The translations under genes were made by a program, and so were the position numbers. The notes beneath the pieces are model-generated. The model was not told where the DNA came from. It was given only the letters and a program-made list of their open reading frames with translations, and searched no databases. From Eledone cirrhosa (Eukaryota), in contig OZ024740.1 of NCBI GenBank assembly GCA_964016885.1, positions 98,146,001-98,210,000 of the forward strand: a stretch of 64,000 nt of DNA, given 5' to 3'. Below are positions 12,718 to 25,408 of the stretch, one piece after another; position 1 is the first letter of the stretch; every line of letters begins with the position of its first letter.

Positions 12718-15700
12718 TCAGTTTATATTACTAAATAGCTTACGGGGCCAATGCACCCTTCGCCCAGAACGGGTCGTAGTTCTGTGTGTTGATGGTGGGG
12801 GGGGGGGGGGGATAGGCCTGTGTGGCAAAGAAAAAGAGGGGGGCATTTCAGTTTCAAGTGTCATTGTGTCATTGTCCAGGTTTGCTCGTTTGAGACGATC
12901 AACGGAAACCGTTTCCCTGGAACCCCGAATGTCCAGTGTGAAATGTTTGTCTGTGCGAGCAAGCACACGATAGGGTCCAGAGTACGGCCGTTGAAGAGGG
13001 GGTCTCACAGCGTCGTCTCTAACGAACACATGGGTCCACAAGGCAATATCTCTTGGGACGGCAGTTTTTATAGTCTGCTTCCTAGTGCCCATCGGTGGTA
13101 GATCCTTGAAATAAGTGTGAAGCCGGGACACGTAGGAAGCGGGGTCCTGCGAAGTCAGGTCAAAAGGGGCCAGCATTTGCCCCGGTAACGCCAGAGGCGT
13201 ACCATAAACTAATTCGGCAGAGGAGAACCCAAGGTCCACCTTTTCCGTCGACCGAATACCCAACAATACAATGGGTAGGTACTCGCTCCAACGTGAAGAG
13301 TCCATGGAAGCCCGTAAGGAGGCTTTGAGCTGCCTGTGGAATCTTTCCACCATTCCGTTTGAGGCTGGGTGGTAAGCCGTGGTTCTTATTCGAGTAGCCC
13401 CCAGGATTTGGGTTAGTTCTCGGAAGAGGTTAGACTCAAATTGACGACCACGATCCGTTGTTATGGTGGTTGGTACACCGAAACGAGCGATCCACGAAGA
13501 TACGAGAGTACGGGCTGTGGTTTCGCCGGTGATATCTGTTATAGGGACGGCTTCAGGCCAACGCGAAAAACGGTCAACAATCGTCAAAAGATACGAAAAA
13601 ACACGACTAACCGGCCACGGGCCGACGATGTCCACATGAATGTGACGAAATCTTGCATCGGGGCAGGTGAAGGTTCCGAGAGGAGCCTTAACATGTCTAT
13701 GAACTTTCGCTTGTTGGCAAGCGACACAGGAACGACACCAAGCAGCAACGTCACGTCTCATACCAGGCCAGAAAAATCTGGCTGTTATGAGTTTTACTGA
13801 GGCTGATACTCCTGGGTGAGAAATGCCATGTAAAGCGAGAAACGCAGTTCGTCGATGTTTCACTGGGACTAGAGGTCGTGGTGAGTCCAACGAAACATCA
13901 CACAGTATCTGTCCGTCATCAGTTGAGATCGGAATGTATTTCAGTTTGCAATGTACAAACTCTGGCGATGTAACATCCAACGATTCGAGAGTGGGTTGGG
14001 CAGCTGCCATTCGATGTAAATCTATCTCCTCGGAAGACGAAATCGATGCGATCGGCAGGCGAGACAGCGCATCGGCCGCTGTATTCAAAGAACCCGGAAT
14101 ATGTTGAATGTCGTTCGTGAACTGTGAGATGAAGACAGATGTCTCGTTTCTCTGGGCGAGTATTTGTCTGCCTTAGTTCGAAGAGCAAACGTCAAGGGTT
14201 TATGATCAGTGAAAATGGTGAATGTTCTACCTTCAAGTACATGAGCAAAATGTTTCACTGATAAATAAATTGTTAATAGCTCCCTTCCAAAGGTGCTATA
14301 GCGAGTTTCGGCAGGCTTTAACTTCCTCGAAAAGAACTCGAGTGGTTGCTGTACCCCATCACACTTCTGCTGTAAGACTGCGCCCACGGCGCTATCCGAA
14401 GCATAAACACAGAGCGATAGCTCGGCGTTGGGTACTGGGTGGGCGAGCAAAGACGCGTTCGCTAACGCCTTTTTCACTTTTTTTAAATCATCAAGCTGCG
14501 TTTTATTTAAGGAAATGTCCATATTCTCACGCCGGCAACCCTTAAAAATCTCTGTCAACGAGAACAGCAATTTGGAACAACCAGGTACGAATCGCCTACA
14601 AAAATTTACAAGGCCCAGGAATTGACGCAATTGTCGCAGTGAACTTGGCGGAGGCAAACCCGATACTGCCTTAACCTTCTCAGGAAGAGGTCAAATACCA
14701 TCGGCGTCAATTAGATGGCCTAAAAATGTTAGTGAAGTCGAGCCGAAAACACACTTGGAAGCATTAATACGAACATTATATCTCTGTAAACGACGAAATA
14801 CGAGATCCAGATGCTTTGAATGCTGCTGAGGGGAAGAACTAGCAATCAACACGTCATCGATATACGTGTACACAAAATCCAGGCCCCGAGTAATATCATC
14901 CATAAATCGTTGGAAGGTACTTGCAGCATTTCTAAGGCCGAAAGGCATAGTGAGGAACTCGAATGATCCGAAAGGAGTGGCAATAGCAGTCTTTGGGATA
15001 TCCTCCTTGTTAACCGGAATTTGATTATAAGCGCGGATCAAATCAAGCTTAGAAAAGATTCTGCAACCCTGCAATGACGATGCAAAATCCTGCAAATGCG
15101 GGATTGGATAACGGTCAGGCACAGTAATCGCGTTTAAGCGTCGGTAGTCACCCGTCGGTCTCCAATCCCCAGAAGATCTAGGTACCATATGTAGAGGCGA
15201 TGCCCAAGGACTTGTGGAGCGCCGAATTATTCCCAATTCCAGCATGTGGTCGAATTCAAGACGTGCAGCTTTCAACTTCTCTGTAGATAATCTTCGAGGA
15301 CGTGAGAAAACAGGTGGACCTGTAGTGGATATGAAGTGTTCAATCGCATGATCCGGGCTAGTTATTCGTAACTTTCCCTGCGTCAACTGAGGGAATGAAT
15401 GTAACAGGCTTTGATACTGGTTGCCCACTTCAGCCAAGAAAAAGGAAGGGCTGACAGTGGCGACGTCCGGCTCTGAACCCTCGAAAGAAAGGTCTGTTTC
15501 AGCATCAACAAGGCGTTGTCTGCGAATGTCCACCAACAAGAAAAAATTCGCTCCCAAAATGGCGTATGGCAAGTCGGCGATAGTAAACTTCCACTTCAAA
15601 TCACGCCGCAAATTTTTTAACCGAAGAGGAAGCGAAATTTGCCCATACGTTCGAATGGCTGTGTGGTTGACTGCTCGTAGATTTATATTTGCTTCGGCTG

Positions 15701-15835
15701 GGCTTTTTTTGAGATAACTGACTGACCAAATACTCAGCGACGCGCCAGTATCGACAAGGAAAAATTTGTTTGACCGCAGGTCGTATACGAAAAGATGGCG
15801 GTTCGGTCGGTTTTCCCAGAGTTCACTAGCCGTTC
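12718..15835 (-). pseudogene. pol: Gypsy pol (protease, RT, RNase H, integrase), frameshifted
   Basis: FLVDTGAS near 15735-15765; RT PFGLRNA/YIDD (14691-15611); RNase H TDHKPL (14085-14657); integrase H..H..C..C, HVDIVGP, TDRG, ERFH, GPY (12718-14088). Confidence 0.92.
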
Positions 15836-16621
15836 CTAGTGGCTCTGCTTTGCGTTTCCCGATCTCTTGTAATCACAGGGCGTGCGAAAACGTTGCGCCC
15901 TACTGCCGAAGTTAGCATGATACCAACACAACGAAGAATTATTGTTGTCTGCGTTGTAGTGCTGGCGATGAATAGAGGACGGCGGCGAACGATACCTCAA
16001 ACGTTGAGAAGGCTCTCTGTGATGTACCGTCAAATCTTCTACCTTTTTGGTGAGAGCTTCAATCAACCCCAACAGTTTGCCGTCGGCCACAGAAGAACCG
16101 CATGGAGGGACGCAAGCTGAAGCCACATAAGGATTATGCTGATTGCTGTTCGAGTCCACCTCAAGTATCTTATCCGCGGACTCGGCAAGTTGCTCTAATG
16201 ACTCCTTCTCTAAACTATTGACCAATATCCTTTGCGCACTTGGTGGTAGACGTGAGAAAAAAAGTTGCTTTATGAAGGGGGTGTCAATCCCCTGGGAGTC
16301 GCTCAACTCCCGCAAATGTCGCAAATAGGAGCTCGGCTTCCTGTCACCCATTTGAGCATCGTCCAACAACTCCCGAAAACGGCTCTCTACCGACTTGGTA
16401 TTTCTGCGAAGAATTTCTTTTTTTAATGAGCCGTAGGTAACGTCGGCGTCTAAATCCGTCACAACGTCCTTCACCGAGAATGCCAAGGAAACAGGTAGGG
16501 CATTGATCAGGACCTTCAGCTTATGCTGTTCCTTTGTCTTCGTCAATTCAAAGAAACATTCCAGCTGCGCAAACCTCAACTTGATGTCGCCTGCGAAGGA
16601 CGGCAAATGATGTTGACTCAT
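15836..16621 (-). CDS. gag: Gypsy gag-like protein (261 aa)
   Basis: ATG-initiated ORF upstream of the protease; MGDRKPS motif; C-terminal CWYH..FG..A....PC motif. Confidence 0.85.
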   Translation of the reverse strand: MSQHHLPSFAGDIKLRFAQLECFFELTKTKEQHKLKVLINALPVSLAFSVKDVVTDLDADVTYGSLKKEILRRNTKSVESRFRELLDDAQMGDRKPSSYLRHLRELSDSQGIDTPFIKQLFFSRLPPSAQRILVNSLEKESLEQLAESADKILEVDSNSNQHNPYVASACVPPCGSSVADGKLLGLIEALTKKVEDLTVHHREPSQRLRYRSPPSSIHRQHYNADNNNSSLCWYHANFGSRAQRFRTPCDYKRSGNAKQSH

Positions 16622-17170
16622 GGTGCGACGTATTTGATGACTTTTTGGTGTTGGTCAATAGTTAGCCAGGTGTTGCTGCTGATTGCTGGTAATTGGTGGT
16701 AGTCGTTTTGAAATACTGCTAATTTTTTTTCTTTAAAAAAAAAATATTCTAAAGAAAATTTTAATAATAAAAAAAATCATTTTCTATGAAAATTAATGGT
16801 AAGAATATCCAAGATGGCTGATTTAAAAATGTGTCCGTGATGAAGAAGCCGTCATGTGGCACGATGCAGCCAATCAGATGGCTGGGATTGGAGAAGACAA
16901 GCTGAACGCGGGAAAACGAAATATCTCCATTTGTAATTTCCACAGAATGTTGGAAGCAAAATTTCATATCCAGAGAGATCCTTTATTTTTTTTTTTTTTT
17001 TTTTTGTGTTGTATTTTTGTGTTTGTCTGTATGCGTGCTACAACAAATGGAATATAATGAATTTTATGGACTTACGCTAAGTGATTCGGACATTCCAAAT
17101 GTTAAGCCATTCCACATTGCCGTTAAAAAGAATTTCGGACTCCAATAGGCTGCGTTTTCATTCTTTATCG

Positions 17171-17182
17171 TCAGAGTCGCCA
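17171..17182 (-). promoter_or_regulatory. Primer-binding site, probably tRNA-Arg(UCU)
   Basis: TGGCGACTCTGA 1 nt inside the 5' LTR; complementary to the recalled tRNA-Arg(UCU) 3' end ...CAGAGTCGCCA. Confidence 0.7.
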
Positions 17183-17183
17183 A

Positions 17184-17447
17184 TAAAGGAAAGGGATGTT
17201 TCTCTTTGTCGAATAAATGAATGAACAATCAAGTCTAACAATCATTTTATTTAATGCAATAATTTAGTAAATTTCCTACAACGTCAATATTTTGAGGAGG
17301 GGATCTTTCAACGTCTGTTCATGTCCGTGGTCCAAAAAGAGTCAGTGAACCTGTGGCTGTGTCCGGGTGTATTTTTGCCTCCGCTCCCTGAAGGGTTGTT
17401 AAGGGGAGGCAACTGCTAGTTGCCAAGCGACCATCTCAGCCACTACA
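17184..17447 (-). repeat. Gypsy 5' LTR
   Basis: Direct repeat of 12008-12271, followed by the PBS. Confidence 0.95.
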
Positions 17448-18744
17448 GAAGCGTTACAAAAAGCGTCGCGGGGCCAATTTTCTTTTTGAGATAGTACTAG
17501 GAAACTTTTTGAGATAGTACCTAGTTCGCCTATGATAATCGGGACCACTTTGACTTCATGGCAGTTCCAAATCCTTTTTACCTCCCACTTTAAGTCCTGG
17601 TATCGGTTAATTTTCTCCCTCTCCTTCTCTTGCACTCCCGTCTCGAATGGGCAGGCCACATCCACAATCAGGCACGATCTTTTCTCCTTGTCCCAAACCA
17701 CCAGGTCAGATCTATTGTGTTCCAGTTTCTTGTCCGTCTGTATACTAAAATCCCACAGCACCTTCACCTGATCGTTTTCTATCACCGACTCTGGCTTATG
17801 CTCATACCACTTCTAAGAATGTGGTAAATTGTTTACTTTTCATAGGTGCCAGTGGATCACCCTGCCCATCACATCATGTCTCCAGCCTTTAGAGTGAGTC
17901 TGGGCTAGGTGTTTACACTCGAATACAATGTGAGCCACAGTCTCCTCTCTCTCTCCACAGACCCTGCACAGTGGGCTAACCTCTGTAGCGAGAGTACTGG
18001 GTTGTATGAATGTAACAAGGAATACATTGTTTGTGTGTATAATATTTAATTAACAATGGTAGATAGTATAGTTGCCATGTCAAAGAAGTAGATGATAGAA
18101 TGAAACAAAGTTAGTCGTTACCGTTTTGATTGCCAGGCAAACGCGGCTGGCAGAGGACGCCTGGCTAAGGCCAGCCAGGCGCCGGAAGGCCAAAATGAGA
18201 GGCAGAGCCAAATGAGAGTGTGAGAACTTAAAGTTGTTAGTTGTATAGGGTTCTGACACGAAGTTACAGAAACGGTTCTACTTCCCGTCTAGATGTTAAT
18301 CCAAACAAGGGAGACAACCGCTACATAACCTCCCGCCAGAATTTTAGAATATAAAAATCGAATTGAAATATGTAGCAAGTTAGCGAGAATGTTGTAACAG
18401 GCATGAAAATTACGACAACAGAATGTTTGCAAAAATCAATGATAGATATCAAGGTAGCCAACCGCTCTTGGACAGAGAACGACTGGACATCTATCTATCC
18501 ATCACCCAAAGATACAATGTAATAAAGTAAGAGAAGGGCTCAAAGTTCAAATGTACAAAATATAGTTCACAGGTGTGCAATCACATGACAGCAGGAAAGA
18601 AAGTGTGTTCCAGAGAATGAATGCAGGTGGTTTCTGTTCTGTGGTATATCGTGAAATTTCCAACCTCCGAATGGATTTTCTCACAGGAAGAGTGCTGCAA
18701 AAATAAATTCTCTGTCTTTGGTTGTTGGTGAAGCTGTGTTGATG

Positions 18745-18903
18745 TATTGCTGTTGCTGTTGCTGCTGCTGTTGCTGTTATATTGCTGTTGGTGTTGCTGC
18801 TGCTGTATTGCTGTTGCTGCTGTATTGCTGTTGCTGTTATATTGATGTTGCTGTTGCTGTTGCTGCTGCTGTTGCTGTTATATTGCTGTTGTTGTTGCTG
18901 TTG
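18745..18903. repeat. Degenerate (CTG/TTG)n tract inside the non-autonomous LTR element
   Basis: TGCTGTTGCTGTTGCTGC runs. Confidence 0.9.
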
Positions 18904-19653
18904 TCTCGCTGAGTGAGCGTATTCGGTGTTTAAATTCACAGTAAAAAAAAATTTTTTCAGAAAAAATGAGTTGCGCAAAGTGCTAGAAATAGCAGCCGAA
19001 GTTGATGGTCGATGTTGAGAATGCGTTGACCTGGAAGGGTCAAGAGGCCAGCGACCAAAGAAATAAGCGTTCTGAATAAATGCGCAGTTTTCAACGGCAA
19101 ATTTACGTGGTAGATTTTTAAACCGGCAAATAGGACAAATATAGCTTAAGGCTGAAGAATCCTTGGCGAGAAACGTTATCTCTGGCGTGCGGCTATCTCT
19201 GTGAGTCGAGAATTTGTGCTGCCTACACGTGCCAATACAAGGTTGAAAAAATAATATTTCTAACGCGCGAGAAAATGATAGTGCAAGTGTGAAAGTGACA
19301 ATGATGAAAAAGAAAGGCTTCACTCAGCATAATTATTGGTGTGAACTTTGGAAAAAAAACTTGAACGATGAAGAAAACGATGAAAAAGAAAATAAATGTT
19401 CCTGTTGAAATGTTTTTTAAAGAATATCAAATTTCTTTTTTTTTTGTTTTGAAAGAGTTCGTTGTAAGAAACGAGAATATATATCGTGAAATGCGACAGT
19501 TAGTTGATGCGTGAGAGAAAAAGTCTGTCTGAACGCGAAATCCACATGTGCGTGTGTCCGTTTCTTTGAGTATTTTCATAGTTTGTCGATAAATTTGCTG
19601 TGTATTCGTAATGTTACCCACACAACTCCAGAATCTGCTATCTTTTTCTTTTT

Positions 19654-19712
19654 TCGGGGTGACCACTTATAGCGATGAACGGCTGCGTGTTCGTATCACG
19701 CCAGGGTTACCA
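19654..19712 (-). promoter_or_regulatory. Tandem tRNA-Trp-type primer-binding sites
   Basis: Plus strand GGCTGCGTGTTCGTATCACGCCAGGGTTACCA (19681-19712) and TCGGGGTGACCA (19654-19665) both resemble the tRNA-Trp 3' end. Confidence 0.75.
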
Positions 19713-20388
19713 ATATTGCGGGAGTACTGGGTTGTATGAATGTAACAAGGAATACATTGTTTGTGTGTATAATATTTAATTAACAATGGTAGATAGTATA
19801 GTTGCCATGTCAAAGAAGTAGATGATAGAATGAAACAAAGTTAGTCGTTACCGTTTGATTGCCAGGCAAACGCGGCTGGCAGAGGACGCCTGGCTAAGGC
19901 CAGCCAGGCGCCGGAAGGCCAAAATGAGAGGCAGAGCCAAATGAGAGTGTGAGAACTTAAAGTTGTTAGTTTTATAGGGTTCTGACCGGAAGTTACAGAA
20001 AGGGTTCTACTTCCCGTCTAGATGTTAATCCAAACAAGGGAGACAACCGCTACACCTCCTCCTTGTAAATATGGTGTTTCAACCACTTCGTTTTGAGGGC
20101 CTGCTCTTGCGCAGCCATTAGCATTCCTTCTGTAGCCTTTTTAAGGTCTCCTCTTTTCAACCAGTTCCATTATTATTATTATTATTATTATTGGTTGGTG
20201 AAGCCACGCTTCTAATCGCCTCCAGTCTTTTTTAACCGTTCTAAACCTTTTATTCAAGTTTTAAATTTGATAAAAATTTAGAAGAAGTGACCCACCTAAT
20301 ACAGGGGTTCACTAGTAAATAATACGGCACCCCTTTACGGGGTGTCGTATTCGTATTTGTGTAAAAATATATTTTTTTAAATTTCAAC

Positions 20389-22403
20389 ATGGATAACACA
20401 AAAAAGAGAGAGAGTGCTGTCAGACAACACAGAGAGAGGGAGACTTTATCAGCATGTCAACAAGACAGCGTTCCAGCGGAGGTAAATATAAACGAAAATA
20501 TTACAAAGGAAAAAAAGATTGTTACAGATTTAAAATTACCAAATATTTCTAACACAAACAACACCAACAATAACACCAACAACAACACCAAAAATAAAAG
20601 CGGTAAATTCTAGAACGACAATAACAAAAATAACAGCGGTAAGGCCGGGAACGACAATAACAAAAATAACAGCTGTGAGGTCGTGAACGACAATAACAAA
20701 AAAACAGCGGTAAGGTCGAGAACGACAATAACAATGACAATAACAACAGCCACAACAACAATAATAGTAGGAACAGTATCAACAAAAACAACAATAATAA
20801 CAACAGCCACAATAACAGTAACAACAGCAACAGTATCAACGAAAACAACACCAACAAATGTACCAGCGAAAACAACAACAATGCACCGATACCTGTAATA
20901 GCGACCTCAGCACCACCAGTAAGACCAGTAGCGGCAGCAATAGTGGTGCTGCTGAAAAAGGGACCAATTCTTTTGCAGGTGTCGCCCGAAATATCGAGAC
21001 AGTGTTAGTCACAGTGGAGGAGATGGCAGTCGCAAGAGCATGGTGACAAGAAGCGCATTAGAGTCGCCCTGAAACCTCCACCCGATTTTTTCAAGGAACA
21101 GCAGCTACGAACGGTGACTTACCGCACCGTAAGCAAAATCTCACATCGAGTGGAGAGAGCCACGGAGGCTTAAATCCAAAAGGCCTTGGGGTGCGTCTGG
21201 GCACGCAAAACCCACATCACCCGAGGCAGAAAGTAGGCCACAGTAGACGTACTTTTCGCCACCCCCCAGGAAGCAAAGTATCACTCTTTGGAAACCCTAA
21301 AGAGTGAGGAGATAGTCTTGGTGCCCTCCTACTGCGGGCAGAAAATTGTGAGGGTCAAAGTGACCCAGGTCCCACCCGACGTGCCCATACCTTGGCTGGC
21401 CGCGTCTGTCCTTGCTGGAATTGAGAACAGAGCGACCATGCTGCAAGTAGAAAAAATAGGGAGAGAGAACTGGTCAGGTATAGGCATGCAAATGCTTATA
21501 CAAACTGACCAGGAATGTATCGAGGCTATCCCCGATATCATAGACTTTGAGGAAGGACTCCAACTCCCTATAAGTGTAGAAGGAAGACGGCCAAAATGTT
21601 ATCTCTGTGGGTCGAAAGGTCACCTCAGGGCCTTTTGCCTGCAGAAGACACCGAAGAGGGCCCCTCTCCTTCCAATACCTGGTCTGCTGCTACCAAGAGC
21701 AGGACAGGCAACAAACGAAGAAGCCCCTTCCCGGTGAGTAGGAGGGCAACACCAATAGCTACATTTGAAATAGCTACACCAGCAACAACATTGCCGAAGA
21801 GTGCTCCACTACCACCACCAACAGCCGTGGAGCACATACCCCTCCCAGACGCCACAGAATCCGACATGGAGTTTGAGGCGGGAGTGACGTGGCAAACAGT
21901 CTGCCACAAAAAAGAAAAAAGAAAAAAACCCTTAGATTCACCCTCCAAAAGCGAAGGCATACAAAGAGGGGTAAAGGCAGCAAGGAAACTTGCAGCAACA
22001 CCACCACAAACACCAACAACGCAAACACAAGACACACACACTAAACAGCAACAAGAAGAAAACGGCAACAAAATCCCCCCCCCCCCCCCCCGCCCCCCCA
22101 AAAAAGTACGTAGCCATAAACATAGCAAAAAAAGAACTCATAAAATATATAAAGCAGCACACATACATCACGAAAAAAAATTACTACACCCAACCAACAC
22201 CAAGAACTCTCCTGACAAACATAAGCATCATCGAAATCTCAATAGAACAATACAAACCTTTAAAACAAAAATTCCTCAACACAGTTGGAGACTTCATAGG
22301 GACGGTTACCAAGAGGATATACATTGACATCCTTTTGGAAACACCCATGACCAGCGAAAGGGACGGTTCTACTGTCACTTCACCACACGAACAAGGTAAG
22401 TGA
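20389..22403 (+). pseudogene. ORF1 of copy E, disrupted
   Basis: Asn-rich N-terminus with 36-bp tandem units; CYLCGSKGHLRAFC CCHC knuckle; ends ...EQGK*. Confidence 0.78.
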
Positions 22404-22435
22404 CCCTTTCTCATTTGCCCCGTTTCTCATCCAAC

Positions 22436-25408
22436 ATGGCTGTACTCAGAATAGGCAGTATAAATGCACGTGGCCTGGGGTCATCTTGGAAGCAGGGTCA
22501 CCTGCTCAATGACCTCAGGTCACTAAACATAGATGTGATGGCCATCAGTGAAACCAGAATCTCCGAGGCACGGGCCTTCGCATCGATCTTCGGCAGTTAT
22601 GATGTATACCCATCTCCCAGCCGTCCAGGATCGGGGGGAGGGGTTGCCGTCATTTTTCGGAGAGGCTTGGATCTCGCGATACGGGTCGGTGGTGCTGGAC
22701 GTGACCGGCAGCGAAGGCAATGCTTTCAGGCTAGTAGCCGTCTACGCCCCAACGGGAGCAGGACGGCCAGATTTCTTCAGACGTCTAGAGACCTTTCTTG
22801 GAACGTCCCGCTCTTTAGTGTTAGTGGGCGACTGGAACGGTATCTTGGATGCACGCTGGGATCGTGTGGGGCTAGTGGATAGGGGAGGACGGTGCAAGAG
22901 CCTCACCAACCTGCTCAGACGTTTTCAGCTGTCTGACAGGTATCGACTGGATCACCCGAATGTGCCAATGTGGACATGGACAAACCGCATCGGGTCATCC
23001 AGATCGTATCTAGATAGGGTATTCTGCAGGGAACTAGATAAGGCTAGTATAAGTTGTCCACAATTTAAAATAGTCGACTACACAGACCACAAATTTGTGA
23101 TCTGTGAGATCGACATAGACAGCCTTCATAGACAAGGGCCTGGTTACTGGAAGCTGAACGCGTCTTTCCCGGCGCGCAAGGCCTACAGAGACCGTATTAG
23201 CGTATTAGTTAAGCGGGCGTTGACGGGAGCGGTCGTCAACAACAGGTGGGGGTTCGCCCTGACAAGAGCAATTAAAGTAGAGTCGATTAGGTTTAGCAAA
23301 GGAGTAGTGATAGAGGAAAATAGAGTAGAGGGAGAGCTAGTCAGAAAGCTAGAAGAGGCGTTTAGGACAGGCATCGCAACCGACGTGCTTGCGGCGAGAT
23401 TGGCACTCGACCAATTCTTCAACACAAAACACGAAGGCTGCATTGTCAGAGCTAGAGCGCGTGCTCTGAAACACGAGGGGACAAAAGCCGTCCAATTGGC
23501 CCCAGGTGCCAGAGGTACGACGTGGCAATAAAGCCACAATTCGGTCTTTGTCTGACCAAAACGGGTGCTTGATGCTCGTACCCGAGCGGATGTGTGAAGC
23601 TTTTCAGCAGCACTTTGCTGAACTGTTCGGGAGCGGCAGCGGCCCGGATCGGGACATGGACTTCAGTGCATACCTCGACAGACTGCCTCGGCTCTCGACA
23701 ACTGCAGCACAGTGTTGCGAAAAGCCAATAACAGCCGGTGAAATACTGGAAGCGATGGCTAACTGCACAAGAGGTAAATCGCCAGCTTTAGATGGTCTGC
23801 TCTACGAGCTTTATGCATTTATTCCAGACTTGTTCGGTGACCTCTTGGCAGATGACTACTGCAACTGGCAGCCGAACGGGAGCATTCCCAGTTTTATGAG
23901 CCGGGGAGCAGTGGCGCTGCTGAGAAAAGACCCGAACAAGGGGGATGTTATTGCTAATTTAAGGCCCATAACCCTGCTAAACGCAGAGTTCAAGATTTTG
24001 GCCAAGGTGTTAGCAACGAGGTTGGTGCTTGTCGTCAAGGGTCTGGTGGGAGAGGCGCAGACATGCGCCATCCCGGACAGATTCATACACGACATCCTCC
24101 AACTTATGCGATACATCATAGAGAGGGTGGTTAAAGAACCTGGCAAGGGTGGGGCCCTGATCAACTTGGATCAATCCAAAGCATTCGATAGGGTCCTGGA
24201 GAGGCAAGTCCATGCCGTCCGACAGCGTCGTGGGGCGTTGGACGGACGGATGGTTAAATTGCTTGGGGTCTGGTTCGGATCGGACCGCCAGATGGAGAAA
24301 AAATGGAACGAGGTGACGAGCAGGGTGGCCTCCCTCACCCAGAAATGGGCTGAGAGGAAGCTGTCCCTGAAAGGCCGGACGGAAGTGGCGAATGCGTACA
24401 TCGCATCCGTCATCTTATACCGCCTGACTGTCGTCCCTTGCTCCAGCCCAACTCTCACCAAAATGGAGCACCTCCTCTTCCGCTCTTTGTGGAAGGGACG
24501 CGCTCCCATGGTCAGACGATCCATCTGCTGTCAACACCCGTTGCGTGGAGGACTGGGCATGCCATGGCTGATGATGCGCAAACATGTGCTGAGGCTGCGA
24601 CATATCTGGTGCTTCCTTGATGGTGAACGGGTGTGGTTGCCGTTCGCCAGGCACATTTTCCCACAGCTCGTTTCCTTGACGGAGCTGCAGTCCTGGGTCA
24701 GAAAAAGACCGAGGGATAGCACTTGGAAACTGGAATGTCTCCAGGCGCTCACTGCCCTCTCCCAGTTGGGCACCAGTATCGGTGGAACATCCACCTCGGC
24801 ATTCTATAGAGGACTAGTGGAGGGCAAGAGCGATGACGTTCTCGGAGAGATCCTGGGCGTTGAAGAAGATGAGCTGCTTGCTCTCTTCCGGAAAACTTTC
24901 AGCCCGGGGCCTATGGATAACTTCCAAAAATCCCTGGCCTGGCAGTGGTACCGGGGAGCGCTTCCGGTTCGAGATAAGCTCTACAGGCACGGAAGTGCCG
25001 TCAGCCGAGCCTGTCCGAGATGCGCGCATAGCGACGAAACCGTTGTGCACGCACTCGTTCAGTGCCCGAGCATTGCTGACTTGTGGAGCTAGGTCGAACA
25101 GTTGCTGTCACGTGTAGGACTGATCCGGTTGTTGACAGTCCATTGTGCAGATGGTCTCGCCGTCTTCCTTTGAGGAGGAAGGGCAGGCGGTTTTCATCTG
25201 CCTGGTGGCCATGGCGAAAGAGATTGTGTGGTGGACAAGGTTAAAAGGATTAAAGACAAACACTTTCCTCTTCGGCGAATCTCTGATTAACTTTTTCAAG
25301 TTTCACTTGAAGAGGAAAATCAGGGTGGAGAGGCAAGTGCTGCTTTCTAGCAAGTTTGTTGAAAGGTGGGTGAATGTAGCAAGAATGTGGGTGAATATAC
25401 GTCTGTAG
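22436..25408 (+). pseudogene. ORF2 (APE-RT-zf) of copy E, frameshifted, RT core deleted near 24195
   Basis: APE motifs (NARGL, GDWN, SYLDR, TDH); relative to copy A the sequence jumps from KAFDRV to the post-RT region. Confidence 0.9.

Larger units (their letters stand above)
12008..17447 (-). mobile_element. Full-length Ty3/Gypsy LTR retrotransposon
   Basis: Two 264-bp LTRs, 4-bp TSD GAAG (12004-12007 / 17448-17451), domain order gag-PR-RT-RNaseH-IN. Confidence 0.95.
17984..20054 (-). mobile_element. Non-autonomous LTR element (TRIM/LARD-like, about 2.07 kb)
   Basis: LTRs 17984-18325 and 19714-20054, TGTAGCG...CGCTACA termini, 4-bp TSD CCTC, tRNA-Trp-type PBS, no gag/pol motifs inside. Confidence 0.9.
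11871..20170 (-). mobile_element. 5'-truncated R4/Dong-like copy D (about 0.78 kb) split by two LTR insertions
   Basis: Segments 11871-12007, 17452-17983 and 20059-20170 are collinear with copy C 6716-7491; (TTA)n on both outer sides (11838-11870, 20169-20192). Confidence 0.9.

Noticed and set aside
18547-19323. 258-aa ORF with a signal-peptide-like start inside the non-autonomous LTR element
   Set aside because: Begins at GTG rather than ATG, is partly held open by a CAG/CAA repeat, and has no recognisable domain
19681-19712. tRNA-Trp gene
   Set aside because: Only the 3' 32 nt with encoded CCA, adjacent to an LTR; it is a primer-site copy
20585-20735. 36-bp periodic repeat resembling a CRISPR array
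   Set aside because: Tandem units with no unique spacers, inside LINE ORF1 in eukaryotic DNA
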